DNA of 64,000 bases, taken from positions 62,001-126,000 of IMG/VR virus record IMGVR_UViG_3300005965_000002, one strand, 5' to 3'. Shown one piece after another: positions 10,186 to 19,603 of the stretch. Position 1 is the first letter of the stretch, and each line of letters starts with the position of its first letter. Below the pieces are notes generated by a model. That model was not told where the DNA came from. It saw only the letters and a program-made list of their open reading frames with translations, and ran no database searches. The position numbers and the translations under genes are program-made.

Positions 10186-10211
10186 TAACCTTTTTTACAG
10201 GAGCATATTTT

Positions 10212-10406
10212 ATGCCATCCGCTTTTATTAAAAGAACTTGCTTAAACCCAAACTGTAACAAAAATTATGATCTGACAAAAATAGAAGCGAAATCAGACGA
10301 TGGGTACTGCTGCTTTGAATGCTGGGAAGAAATGAATTGTGAAGCTCCTCAGGAAGAAGTAGATATCTTTGAAACTAACGAAGTACTTGATTTAAAATTT
10401 GATTAA
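10212..10406 (+). CDS. Small Cys-rich (putative Zn-binding) protein
   Basis: CLNPNC..YCCFEC; GGAG RBS upstream. Confidence 0.6.
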   Translation: MPSAFIKRTCLNPNCNKNYDLTKIEAKSDDGYCCFECWEEMNCEAPQEEVDIFETNEVLDLKFD

Positions 10407-10418
10407 TACGGAGTATTT

Positions 10419-11147
10419 ATGCCTTTGAAAAGATTGTGGAAACCTAGCCCCTTCTTCTCAAAAAGGGGCGATTATCCTTTAGATATGATTGTAATCCATC
10501 ATGTGGGCAGTAAAAACGGTAAACTTTACAGCCCTGGAGGAACTATAAGGTGGTTTACGGATCTAGAAGTACATAGAAATAAAGAAACCGGTAAAATAGA
10601 GAATAAGGTTTCTGCCCACTATCTAATTACCAGGCAACCATACCAACACCATGATGTGGTTTCCTTTGTACACGACTGGGATGTAGCTTATCACGCAGGC
10701 CGTTCAGAATGGGAAGTAGATGGTACTAAGAGGAGAGGCATAAACAAATACTCTATAGGTATAGAATTAGAAGGCGACGGTAACTTTGTTGAGTATACTG
10801 ATTTTCAATATGACACCTTAATACAACTTATCAAGGAAATCAGAGAAAAATATGATATCCCTGATAAATTAATCGTAGGCCATGAAGAGGTATCCCCGGG
10901 AAGGAAAGTAGATCCTGGGAAATACTTTGACTGGGCTATATTAATGAAGGGTATAAGCCCGGAACCTGAACCTATAGTTATGCCTCCTATTGAGATTACC
11001 TCGGGAGAACAACAGGAAGACTCTACTACGAAAACTGAGGGTAGCGTGGTAGTAGATGACTTCTATATGGAGGATGGTAAAAAAGAGAACGGATCTTTTA
11101 TACAAGCCATTTTTGCTTTCCTGCAGAACCTGCTTTCTCGTAGCTAA
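10419..11147 (+). CDS. N-acetylmuramoyl-L-alanine amidase (Amidase_2/AmpD-like), possible endolysin
   Basis: IVIHH, VSAHYLI, AYHAG, SIGIELEG, VGHEEVSPGRKVDPG. Confidence 0.9.
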   Translation: MPLKRLWKPSPFFSKRGDYPLDMIVIHHVGSKNGKLYSPGGTIRWFTDLEVHRNKETGKIENKVSAHYLITRQPYQHHDVVSFVHDWDVAYHAGRSEWEVDGTKRRGINKYSIGIELEGDGNFVEYTDFQYDTLIQLIKEIREKYDIPDKLIVGHEEVSPGRKVDPGKYFDWAILMKGISPEPEPIVMPPIEITSGEQQEDSTTKTEGSVVVDDFYMEDGKKENGSFIQAIFAFLQNLLSRS

Positions 11148-11153
11148 AAAACG

Positions 11154-11187
11154 AACCCCTCATCTATTATAGTAGGTGAGGGGTTTT
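11154..11187. terminator. Bidirectional intrinsic terminator between convergent amidase and dnaJ
   Basis: AACCCCTCA...TGAGGGGTT stem flanked by A and T runs. Confidence 0.75.
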
Positions 11188-11212
11188 CTATAAATATCTT
11201 ACTTTATCTTCG

Positions 11213-12115
11213 TTAGTCCTTCTCTATACTGATGATTTTTTTATACAGTACAATTGTTTCTTCAGAAGGGGTTATATCTTTTTCTACAAAAATTATTCTT
11301 ATTCTTCTAGGGTAAGGAAGCTCAGGACGTTTATCTATAATTTCTGGATCAGAGTTATCAGGGGCGAACTTAACTCTAAATTTTTTATCGTATATAGTAA
11401 CTACTATTGGTTCTCTTATAATTTTTCTTAAGGGGTGTATTGATATATACTTTTTAAATCCCCACCCATCGAGGAGTATCCTGCTTTTTTCTTCTAAATT
11501 TATTTTAATGTGAACATCCCCAAAATTGCCATTAAGATCTTGGTTTCCTTTACCTCTCACTATAGCAGTTTTTTCATTACATTCTTTAAGATCTACTCTG
11601 AACTCTATAGGAATTACTTGAAAGGTAAACTTGGTACCGGAGCACTTCGGGCAAGCAGAGTCTTTCTTATAACCTATACCCTCGCAAGACGGGCAAGTAG
11701 GATCGTTATTTAATAGCGACATTACTTTGTTTTTTATCTTACCTTTGCCGGAGCAAATGTCGCAGATACCATCTTTTTTAAGATAGCTTCCTGTGCCTTC
11801 ACAATCGGCGCACAGCACCCGTCTGTTGATATGTATATACTTGGGCCTGCCAAAGTATATATCATCGATAGAGACGGTTACAGACGTGTATATGAAGCCT
11901 TTGGTGTGGGTAGGTTTGCTTGTTTGGATCTGATCTAAAATAGAAGGGTCTTCTCTAATGCTTTTTATCGCCCTAACTATTTCAGAAAATTTTTTAGCAG
12001 TCTGAGGATCTTTGGTTTTATCGGGGTGGTATAGTATAGCTAAACGTTTGAAGCTTTTTTCTGCTTCTTTGTAAGTACATCCGAGGGGTAATTCTAAAAC
12101 ATCTAATGGATTCAT
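11213..12115 (-). CDS. dnaJ: DnaJ-like co-chaperone
   Basis: J domain with HPD, four CxxCxGx Zn repeats, C-terminal GxG..GD; lacks the G/F-rich region. Confidence 0.88.
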   Translation of the reverse strand: MNPLDVLELPLGCTYKEAEKSFKRLAILYHPDKTKDPQTAKKFSEIVRAIKSIREDPSILDQIQTSKPTHTKGFIYTSVTVSIDDIYFGRPKYIHINRRVLCADCEGTGSYLKKDGICDICSGKGKIKNKVMSLLNNDPTCPSCEGIGYKKDSACPKCSGTKFTFQVIPIEFRVDLKECNEKTAIVRGKGNQDLNGNFGDVHIKINLEEKSRILLDGWGFKKYISIHPLRKIIREPIVVTIYDKKFRVKFAPDNSDPEIIDKRPELPYPRRIRIIFVEKDITPSEETIVLYKKIISIEKD

Positions 12116-12130
12116 ATATTATATAAAAAG

Positions 12131-12159
12131 AAAAGGAGGGATAAATTCCCTCCTTTTTT
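12131..12159 (-). terminator. Intrinsic terminator after the 12173-13970 cluster
   Basis: AAAAGGAGGGA-TAAAT-TCCCTCCTTTT hairpin. Confidence 0.75.
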
Positions 12160-12172
12160 ATTAACTGCTTAC

Positions 12173-12670
12173 TTAACGAGTATTTGCTCTGGGAGCCTGG
12201 TTCATCAATCGATAACCAGGAATTCCTTTGTAAGAAGATGGGAAAGTCGATTCATCTTCTTCAGATTCGTTAGTAACGGTCCTTAAGAAGATCACAGACT
12301 TAGTAGCAGCAGTAGTGCTTAAACCGCCCTGGCTAGCTATTAATCTAACCATAATAGACGTGTTATAGATACTGCCTCCTAAATCAGAGCGAGCTTCCCA
12401 TTCAAAGTTTAAAGAGGTTCCCTCTGAGCTAAAAGTAAGATCGTTAATGTCGGTATCCGATGACTCTGTCATTTCATCCCAAGTACTACCGCCATCTATT
12501 GAATACTCGAATGAGCTCAAAGAGACTCCCGAACGCTCCGGATCAGCAGTACCGGTGTACGGGATGTTGATACTCTGAAAATCGCTACTCAAAGTGGGAG
12601 TGCCGATTTTAACTTTAAATTGTACTACCGATAACTCCGTATCTAAATTTTTCACTTCTATAGTACTCAT
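12173..12670 (-). CDS. Beta-rich putative virion protein
   Basis: S/T-rich, EYSIDGGSTW motif typical of Ig/FN3-like structural domains. Confidence 0.5.
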   Translation of the reverse strand: MSTIEVKNLDTELSVVQFKVKIGTPTLSSDFQSINIPYTGTADPERSGVSLSSFEYSIDGGSTWDEMTESSDTDINDLTFSSEGTSLNFEWEARSDLGGSIYNTSIMVRLIASQGGLSTTAATKSVIFLRTVTNESEEDESTFPSSYKGIPGYRLMNQAPRANTR

Positions 12671-12683
12671 TTTATTCTCCTAG

Positions 12684-13061
12684 TTAAACTTCTATGTTAA
12701 GGCCTGTTTTTGCTAATTGCTTTTTCAACGTTTTTTCCAATTCTTTCAACGTCTTCTTGTTTGAAAGATCGTTATAGATATCTCCGTGTAGTATCTCAGC
12801 AGCATCTTCGCTGTTAGGGTTGTCAGAAGGTCCTACAGCTAAATTTTGTCTTTTATAGACTACAAAAGCTAATAGTTTTCGCTTATCTTCTTCTACTAGC
12901 CCCTCAAAAGGCTTCTTATTACTTTCAACGTTCTCTCTTACCTTTTGATATATCTTGGGAGCATCATGATTAAGCGTACGCATATCCAGATCATCTAGTC
13001 CTATAGACTTTTCGATGATATCAGCGTATCTTCTGATCTTTTTCCCTATTGATTCAAACAT
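12684..13061 (-). CDS. Hypothetical protein (possible head protein)
   Basis: Operon-coupled ORF; N-terminal KIRRYADII. Confidence 0.5.
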   Translation of the reverse strand: MFESIGKKIRRYADIIEKSIGLDDLDMRTLNHDAPKIYQKVRENVESNKKPFEGLVEEDKRKLLAFVVYKRQNLAVGPSDNPNSEDAAEILHGDIYNDLSNKKTLKELEKTLKKQLAKTGLNIEV

Positions 13062-13510
13062 TAGTCATTGTACTCAAAGACGAATCTATAGTTAACGTTT
13101 TCAGAAGCGGGGTCTTGCGTTCCTAATGAATTTCCTCCAGCCTGGACATCTAACCAAACGTAGTTCCAGTTACCAGCGGATCCACCAATGTCTAACCCAT
13201 CGCTAACGAGAGTAAAATCACTCACATCAGGTCTTACAGTAAAGTTATCTGATAGCCTGGTATCTCCAGCAGGTACTCCAGGAATCTGGGTAGCGCTTTG
13301 AAATTTACCAAATGCACAGTGAACAAAAGATCCGCGATCTTCCAAGAATAAAGCAATTCTTGAGGGAGTTATACCATCACCATAGGGCTGTAATACAATA
13401 GGAGATGCATTATGACTACCCTGGACTACAGTACCAAATGATAAACCTGTAGCATCATTAGTTATTTCCTCAAAGTCTGAAGGATTATAGGTTCTAACTT
13501 TTAAGCTCAT
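13061..13510 (-). CDS. Putative virion protein, paralog of 13527-13970
   Basis: Shares KVR.Y.P, TGL.FG, YxWLDVQ and NVNYRFVFEY with its neighbour. Confidence 0.6.
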   Translation of the reverse strand: MSLKVRTYNPSDFEEITNDATGLSFGTVVQGSHNASPIVLQPYGDGITPSRIALFLEDRGSFVHCAFGKFQSATQIPGVPAGDTRLSDNFTVRPDVSDFTLVSDGLDIGGSAGNWNYVWLDVQAGGNSLGTQDPASENVNYRFVFEYND

Positions 13511-13526
13511 TTTATCCTACCTTTTC

Positions 13527-13970
13527 TTAAGAATACTCGAAGACAAATCTATAATTAACGTTAGTAGTGCTCCCTGTTTCGAGGGCACCTACCTGCACGT
13601 CCAGCCAGATATAATCTCCATTTCCTTGTGTATCTAAGTTTATGTTAACACTTCCTGCCCCTGTAGCCTGGGTATTTACGGTAAAATGGTCTGATATGTA
13701 AGGGCCTGGGAGTGACGTGTCAGAGGTCCAAGACCTAACGTCAGCAGCGAATTCATCGCTTACGAGATATCCGAATTGAGACTGATTATAGCCTCCGTTA
13801 TTCTGTAGATAAAGCTTTAAATCAGTAAAACTATCTTCAGATGTTTTGAGCGGCCTAACAAGAACAGGCAGCGCACCGTGTTGACCCGCTCTAATATTTC
13901 CAAAATTTAGACCGGTTACATCGCTGGCTAATAAATTACCCGTCCTGGGGCTATATGCTCTAACCTTCAT
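13527..13970 (-). CDS. Putative virion protein, paralog of 13061-13510
   Basis: Same shared motifs; preceded by the TAATTATCTCTTAATA motif. Confidence 0.6.
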   Translation of the reverse strand: MKVRAYSPRTGNLLASDVTGLNFGNIRAGQHGALPVLVRPLKTSEDSFTDLKLYLQNNGGYNQSQFGYLVSDEFAADVRSWTSDTSLPGPYISDHFTVNTQATGAGSVNINLDTQGNGDYIWLDVQVGALETGSTTNVNYRFVFEYS

Positions 13971-14036
13971 ATACTTAATTCCGATAGCTAAGAATACTCT
14001 ATTCCTTAACTTAAGTATATTAAGAGATAATTATCC

Positions 14037-15083
14037 TTAATAAGCCTTTAGGACATTTAATATGTGTTGGAGTCTGTGGGTGTAGGTATGGTTTAATGCT
14101 ACTTTTTTATAAGCATTAAAGGCCATTGAATCTCGAAGTTTGTCATCTTTGATATACTTTTCTGCTTGGTAGGATAGTTCTTCAGGAGAGGAAAAAAACC
14201 CTACTTCATCTTCGGTGAATATCTCCCTTGCTTCTTCTCTTGTATCTTCCATAAGCATAAAGGACTGGCAAAGGGGAGCCTCATATGCGCGGGGATTTAA
14301 GCTTAGAGCTGGATAGCGGCTTTTGTTATTTGGATTACTTCCGGATTTAGTGCGGGGATTCCATTTAATATCTCTAAAAAAATTAAGTACAATTTTTGCC
14401 CCATTGTAGTATTTGACTGTGTCCTCATGGTTCACAGTGCCATTCACATCTACATAATCCCAAAGGGGCGTCTTTTTTGACATATAGTTCACATGACCGG
14501 AGATATTAAACTTTAGATTGTGCTTTTGCACAACGGGAATGAGGCCTTCCATCATTTTTTGCCTGTTTGGATAGACAGCTCCTATAAAAAGGATATCGGA
14601 ATGGTATCTCGAATTTATCCTCTCTCTGGGTATTTTACCACATTCTTCCTCGGAAGCCGCTGTGGGGCAATAGTATACATTTTTATACTTTTTACTAGTT
14701 CCTATAGATTTTTCATTTGAGAAGTAGTAATCTATCTTATCAAGCTTATATTTCATAGGATCGAAGCTATGAGGATCCTCAGTACCTACCACAACAGTTT
14801 TTACGTGATAATAGCTCTCCAGCATATAATCCGGGATGTTCAACCCACCAATAAAGAAAATGTGGGTGAATTCTTTTTCTTTAATTAAGGCCAGAGAGTG
14901 TGCTACATGGTAACAAATTTTAGGAGAGACTATCTCAACAAAATTATGGAATGGGAGGGTTTCAAATTGTACACCTAGCTTTTTAAGGGCGTACATGTAA
15001 CCGTGATAAACATCGGTGAGAGCAAAATTGGTAAAATCAGAAACTAAAAGAACTTTTATCTTATTTTTTAGCTTTAGCATCAC
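14037..15083 (-). CDS. GT-B glycosyltransferase, CgeB/Glyco_trans_1_2-like
   Basis: TEDP, DILFIG.YPNR, YNGAKIVLN, NPRAYE and HTYTHRL motifs. Confidence 0.82.
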   Translation of the reverse strand: MMLKLKNKIKVLLVSDFTNFALTDVYHGYMYALKKLGVQFETLPFHNFVEIVSPKICYHVAHSLALIKEKEFTHIFFIGGLNIPDYMLESYYHVKTVVVGTEDPHSFDPMKYKLDKIDYYFSNEKSIGTSKKYKNVYYCPTAASEEECGKIPRERINSRYHSDILFIGAVYPNRQKMMEGLIPVVQKHNLKFNISGHVNYMSKKTPLWDYVDVNGTVNHEDTVKYYNGAKIVLNFFRDIKWNPRTKSGSNPNNKSRYPALSLNPRAYEAPLCQSFMLMEDTREEAREIFTEDEVGFFSSPEELSYQAEKYIKDDKLRDSMAFNAYKKVALNHTYTHRLQHILNVLKAY

Positions 15084-15459
15084 GGGTTGATATCCTTAGA
15101 TTGCCGTTATCTTCGTCTACGGTAAAAATTTGTAAGATACCATCTTTTACGTATCCTATATTCCTTGCAATGACCTTTATTTCCCTATTACTCATATCTT
15201 GGTATCCTAGCTGACTAAAAAACCAATCATCAGCCTTTATAAACGGATACTCATCTTTTGCTATGGATATTTTAGATTCACCACGCCATAATAATTCAAG
15301 CGCCACTAACTTGTCCTTTTTTATCTCGAACCAGTTAGTGGCGTGATTTTTTCCGTTGCTATCAGTATAGTTTTCTTTTTCTCTTAATTTACGGCCATCA
15401 TCATAATAGGCGATAAACCCGGTGAAACTCTTTCTGCTATTTCCTTCTCTTGGGGACAT
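15061..15459 (-). CDS. Hypothetical protein
   Basis: Overlap-coupled ORF in operon. Confidence 0.55.
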   Translation of the reverse strand: MSPREGNSRKSFTGFIAYYDDGRKLREKENYTDSNGKNHATNWFEIKKDKLVALELLWRGESKISIAKDEYPFIKADDWFFSQLGYQDMSNREIKVIARNIGYVKDGILQIFTVDEDNGNLRISTRDAKAKK

Positions 15460-15778
15460 GGAATTTTGGCCTTTTGGGTCTTGATGGTTTAATTGCTTTA
15501 GGCTTTTTTGGTTTGTGAATTTTTGGCTTTTTCGGCTTTGGTGGCTTATGTTTTTTGTGCGTCATCCAATTAGGAGTGGTACGCTTGAATAGTTTTTTCG
15601 TTTTACCGAAAAGCTTTGTTCTCTTTAAATAACGCCTTCTTTGAAGCCTAATCTTTGCTTTATGCTTTCTGTAATAGAGCTTAGCCTTTAATCTTTGGGC
15701 TGGTGTTCGCCTTTTGAGCTTTTTCACCAGCCTTCTTTTGTATGCTCCAAGTATTACTCTTCTTACTGACACCGGCAT
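15437..15778 (-). CDS. Very basic Lys/Arg-rich protein (putative nucleic-acid condensing protein)
   Basis: Composition dominated by K/R with KPKKPK repeats and no acidic residues. Confidence 0.55.
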   Translation of the reverse strand: MPVSVRRVILGAYKRRLVKKLKRRTPAQRLKAKLYYRKHKAKIRLQRRRYLKRTKLFGKTKKLFKRTTPNWMTHKKHKPPKPKKPKIHKPKKPKAIKPSRPKRPKFHVPKRRK

Positions 15779-15828
15779 CTTACATTCCTTTTTAAGAGAT
15801 TTGTTAAGGTGCCAGTATAAAAAGATTA

Positions 15829-16380
15829 TTACTTAATAAGTCCGTGCTCTTTTTGGAATTTATATAGATTATACGCGGGGGAGTTTGATAACTCTCGTTC
15901 TATCCTCTTATATTCGTCTAAAAGAGGAGCCGCTCTCTCAGGGGTCATACCCTTTCTAAGGAGCTTCTTACGTATCTTATGCAATTCTTTAAGTGGTTTA
16001 ATAACCTCTTTATACCTTCTCGATGTCCCAGCCAAAGATGAGGAGTTCTTTAGACCGTGGCAGACTTTACAGAGATAAAGCTGCTCTTTTTTTGGGAATT
16101 TTGAAGGTAGATAGAGTTTTAAACAATGCCTGCCACATTTAGGGCACAGAATATACCAGCGAGCACCACCTAAATGGTTAGACTTATGGTGGTATGTGAA
16201 AGTCTGATTATTAATCGTGAAGTTTTTCAGACTAGCATACATTCGCCTGAAAAATTCCTCTTCGGTATCGTCTGGGTATTTCTTTTTGATTTCTTTTTTT
16301 ACTTTTTGAGCGATTACGGCAAAATCTAATCTGTCCGTGGACTCAATAGGTAGGTATTTGGATTTTTGCATGTCAGTCAC
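15829..16380 (-). CDS. Zn-finger protein of unknown function
   Basis: GGARWYILCPKC..LY..CKVCHGL. Confidence 0.6.
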   Translation of the reverse strand: MTDMQKSKYLPIESTDRLDFAVIAQKVKKEIKKKYPDDTEEEFFRRMYASLKNFTINNQTFTYHHKSNHLGGARWYILCPKCGRHCLKLYLPSKFPKKEQLYLCKVCHGLKNSSSLAGTSRRYKEVIKPLKELHKIRKKLLRKGMTPERAAPLLDEYKRIERELSNSPAYNLYKFQKEHGLIK

Positions 16381-16440
16381 CTTTGAATAAGCGACAATCT
16401 ATTCTTATCTATGGATAAACAAATTATTAAAAGATAATTA

Positions 16441-16947
16441 TTAACTGCCGCTTTCCATCAATTTAGTTTTACTTCCAGAAACAAATTCAAGAAGTTTTTC
16501 CAGTAGTTTTATAGTAAAAACAATAAAACTACCCAAAATACCAGGCTCTTTCTTAGCTTCTGTCAGAGACTTATCAAGCACCCATTCATACGCGGAGAGC
16601 TCAGGGTACTTTTCGTATTTTACTTCTGGATCCTTTAACTCTTGCTCTAGCTGTTTTTCAGCATCTTCTCTCGAAAGTTTGTAAGCAAACGCATTACATT
16701 CTTTCGGATTGGTACAGTGGTCAAGTAGGTCTAAATTAAGTCTGGCTTTTTTTGCATCGCTAAAGTCTAAACAATTGTATGCACATAGCTTAATCTGATA
16801 TGGTTCACCAGCGTTATTATTTATAGTTATTGTTTTGCCATATGCACAATTATCATGTACTTTCTTTCTATCTTCCTTTATCTTTTCGTATAAAGCTTTT
16901 CTATAAAGCTTTCTATACTGCCTGTATATTACCCCTGGACTTTTCAT
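16441..16947 (-). CDS. Hypothetical Cys-containing protein
   Basis: ORF in operon. Confidence 0.5.
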   Translation of the reverse strand: MKSPGVIYRQYRKLYRKALYEKIKEDRKKVHDNCAYGKTITINNNAGEPYQIKLCAYNCLDFSDAKKARLNLDLLDHCTNPKECNAFAYKLSREDAEKQLEQELKDPEVKYEKYPELSAYEWVLDKSLTEAKKEPGILGSFIVFTIKLLEKLLEFVSGSKTKLMESGS

Positions 16948-16994
16948 TTAGCTATTTCTCCATTTAGTTACTGGCCGGGGAATGACGGATACAT

Positions 16995-17519
16995 TCATTT
17001 TGAGCTATGATCGTTACTATGGTCATAAAAAAAGTCGTCGTTCAAGAAATGTATAGTATCCACGTAGTTGCAAAACCTCTTATTAAAGCTAGAACCCTTC
17101 ACGGACCACACATCTACAGTTTTTCCATGATCCTTTAAGTATTTACAGAGGTCGATAAAATCTCCATCCCCGGACATTAAAACCCATTTATCGAATTTAT
17201 TTATCATCCTCATACAATCAATACAGATTGCCATATCCTGGTCGGTGCCTGTATAGGTGACCCCACCTCCACCCTTATTATAGTAATCTACATGTTTATA
17301 TGCTTTTTTGATAATGAGCTTGTACTTTAGATTCTTTAAAAATTGTTCAAACTTATCACTTTGAGCGTCTGGGGTCCTGATTATATAGGCGTACATCCCT
17401 ATAATATCATCACCACTTTTGTCAAAGTATTCCTTAATTTTTAAGAAGTCGATCCTTTTTTGCTTATCCTTTGCGGAAAAAAACAGATTTTGTACATCCA
17501 GTTGTACGAAGGTTCTCAT
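16995..17519 (-). CDS. NYN domain (LabA/DUF88, PIN-like) nuclease
   Basis: DVQN, DQDMAICID, LMSGDGDF, GKTVDV. Confidence 0.88.
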   Translation of the reverse strand: MRTFVQLDVQNLFFSAKDKQKRIDFLKIKEYFDKSGDDIIGMYAYIIRTPDAQSDKFEQFLKNLKYKLIIKKAYKHVDYYNKGGGGVTYTGTDQDMAICIDCMRMINKFDKWVLMSGDGDFIDLCKYLKDHGKTVDVWSVKGSSFNKRFCNYVDTIHFLNDDFFYDHSNDHSSK

Positions 17520-18130
17520 ATTTTTTTCTCTACCTTTATATTGCTATCTACCAATTTTACTTCATACTCGTTTTTCGCGTGCTCTGCTAAGTTAGGATTG
17601 TGGGTTATTATCAAGATGTCCATTCCTAATTTAGTAGAGAGCTCAGATATTAACTTGCTAACATTTTCTATATAAAGACTGTCGACGGCTCCGAAGCTTT
17701 CATCTAGCATCATAAATCTTTGCTTCTTCAGTTTTATGATACTTAGGATTCTTAGTATCGTGCTCTCGACTACTTGCACGCTGCTTTTGGAGCTAGGGTT
17801 AACTAATTTACCATTATAATAAGTTTGTAAGTCAATAAATAGCTTTTTCCTTTTTTCCTGTACTTCAGATTGGAACTTCATATCCCGGTCAGTAAAAACT
17901 GTGTTGAGTCCGTACGTAACAAGCTTATCCATTTTGGATAAATCATTTTGTATAAGCTTATCTATAAGGTACTTTAGTACTTTCTCTGTTTGAGTAAGTT
18001 CTTCATCTTCCTTAGTAAGACTGCTTACTTCTTTTTCAATTTTTTCGAGCTGATCCTTTTTGGCTTTATAGATACCTTCGAGGTATCGCACTCGATCTAA
18101 AAAATCGTCTAGTTTTTCTGTATCTATCAT
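17516..18130 (-). CDS. SbcC/Rad50 C-terminal half
   Basis: Coiled coil, Walker B MMLDE, D-loop FGAVD, H-loop IITH; no Walker A. Confidence 0.82.
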   Translation of the reverse strand: MIDTEKLDDFLDRVRYLEGIYKAKKDQLEKIEKEVSSLTKEDEELTQTEKVLKYLIDKLIQNDLSKMDKLVTYGLNTVFTDRDMKFQSEVQEKRKKLFIDLQTYYNGKLVNPSSKSSVQVVESTILRILSIIKLKKQRFMMLDESFGAVDSLYIENVSKLISELSTKLGMDILIITHNPNLAEHAKNEYEVKLVDSNIKVEKKI

Positions 18131-19290
18131 GCTTTAATAACTCTTGAGTAGCTACCGATACCAACACTGATATACTTGTTATCATTGTCAGCACCAGTCT
18201 TATATAATTTGAAAAATGGCTTATCATTGTCCATATATAACTCTAGCAGCCCGTCCGAGCCAAAAGACGACAGAACTGTTTTAAATAGCTTGTAGGATAC
18301 CGTCCTCGTAACTTCATCGTTGTCATCATCAATTCTTACGCAACTGACTGTCTCAGTACATTCCAGGTTACCTATCATGGACATAGTTAGCTTAGCATCA
18401 GATCCAGTGCCTGAGAGATTTAGCTCTATCCCTGTTGCAGCTAAATCCTTAGAAGTTATTACAAGCCTGTCGAGGCACTTAATCAAAGTATTCTTATCCA
18501 CCTCTATATGGGGCCCCTCAGATTTGATCATGTCTTTCTTTATCTTAGGGGTCTCGATTGCTGACTTTAGAAATGAAAAATATAGGTTCCCTGCTAAATC
18601 GGTTACACCTATCTCTTTGTCGTTTTCGAATACTTTAACAATCTCCTCTCCGCTAGTGCTGAGAGTCCCTGAAAAAGAAGGGATAGCAGTCTTACGAATC
18701 TTGGTATTATCAAAAGGCTTAAAGGTTTTGCTTAGAAAAAATCCTATTTTATTGCTCCCGTTTGCACTGTAAGCTATGCTGTCATGAAGTATCAGAAAAT
18801 CATATTTTCTGACTTCATCCTTTAAGGGGGTCATATAATTTAGCGACCATTTTAGGATATTTGACAAGGTTTCAGAAGATATCTCACATATTACGTCGTC
18901 CTCATCTACCGTACCGCTGAATGTAAGCATTTTATCGGGAGGAAAAGACTGAAATGACGTAAAAGATTTACCGGCTTGAGTAGTATATATTTTTACTACT
19001 AAATCTTCGGGGTTGATCTCTATTCTAACTTGCTCTGTATCTATCTTGGAAATGAGCTTATCAATGATCTTAGGGTCAATTGTAAAAGACATCTCACTTT
19101 TATCTTGATCGATTACATCGATAGACACGCGGCACTTAAGATCATTATTGGTACCAACAATAGATAGCTTACTGTCTTTTACAGAACAAAGTAAATGCGC
19201 ACGTTCTTCTTGCAGAACTACTTTAGATAGTGAAAGCTTTGCCGTATCTACAGCTTTTTTAAATTCTGCTTTATCCACTATGATTAGCAT
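18127..19290 (-). CDS. dnaN: DNA polymerase III beta sliding clamp
   Basis: 387 aa with a three-domain beta-clamp pattern (GTNNDL, FP, SANG); clamp loader genes are in the same window. Confidence 0.75.
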   Translation of the reverse strand: MLIIVDKAEFKKAVDTAKLSLSKVVLQEERAHLLCSVKDSKLSIVGTNNDLKCRVSIDVIDQDKSEMSFTIDPKIIDKLISKIDTEQVRIEINPEDLVVKIYTTQAGKSFTSFQSFPPDKMLTFSGTVDEDDVICEISSETLSNILKWSLNYMTPLKDEVRKYDFLILHDSIAYSANGSNKIGFFLSKTFKPFDNTKIRKTAIPSFSGTLSTSGEEIVKVFENDKEIGVTDLAGNLYFSFLKSAIETPKIKKDMIKSEGPHIEVDKNTLIKCLDRLVITSKDLAATGIELNLSGTGSDAKLTMSMIGNLECTETVSCVRIDDDNDEVTRTVSYKLFKTVLSSFGSDGLLELYMDNDKPFFKLYKTGADNDNKYISVGIGSYSRVIKA

Positions 19291-19291
19291 A

Positions 19292-19552
19292 TTATCCCTC
19301 GATCTCTTCTAATTTCTTTGCAGCTGCATCTAAATTACTTTCAAGATCAGATACTAATTTAGAAAACTCGGATTCTTTTTCTTTTATTACATTTTTGAGT
19401 TCACTAGGTTTGTACCCGGCATCTGTGATTTCTTTGACGACTTCAGAAAGAGCCTTTTTCTTGGCTTTATATTGTTCTTCGAGCCTGATTTTTTGAGTTT
19501 CTAGCTCTTTAGCCTTCTGCTTTAATTCCTGAAATTTCTCTAAATCAGACAT
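19292..19552 (-). CDS. Small coiled-coil protein
   Basis: Heptad-rich 86-aa ORF. Confidence 0.6.
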   Translation of the reverse strand: MSDLEKFQELKQKAKELETQKIRLEEQYKAKKKALSEVVKEITDAGYKPSELKNVIKEKESEFSKLVSDLESNLDAAAKKLEEIEG

Positions 19553-19603
19553 GAATATACCTTTCTTCTATCATAATATAGTAGGCGGTCAATAAAAATT
19601 AAA

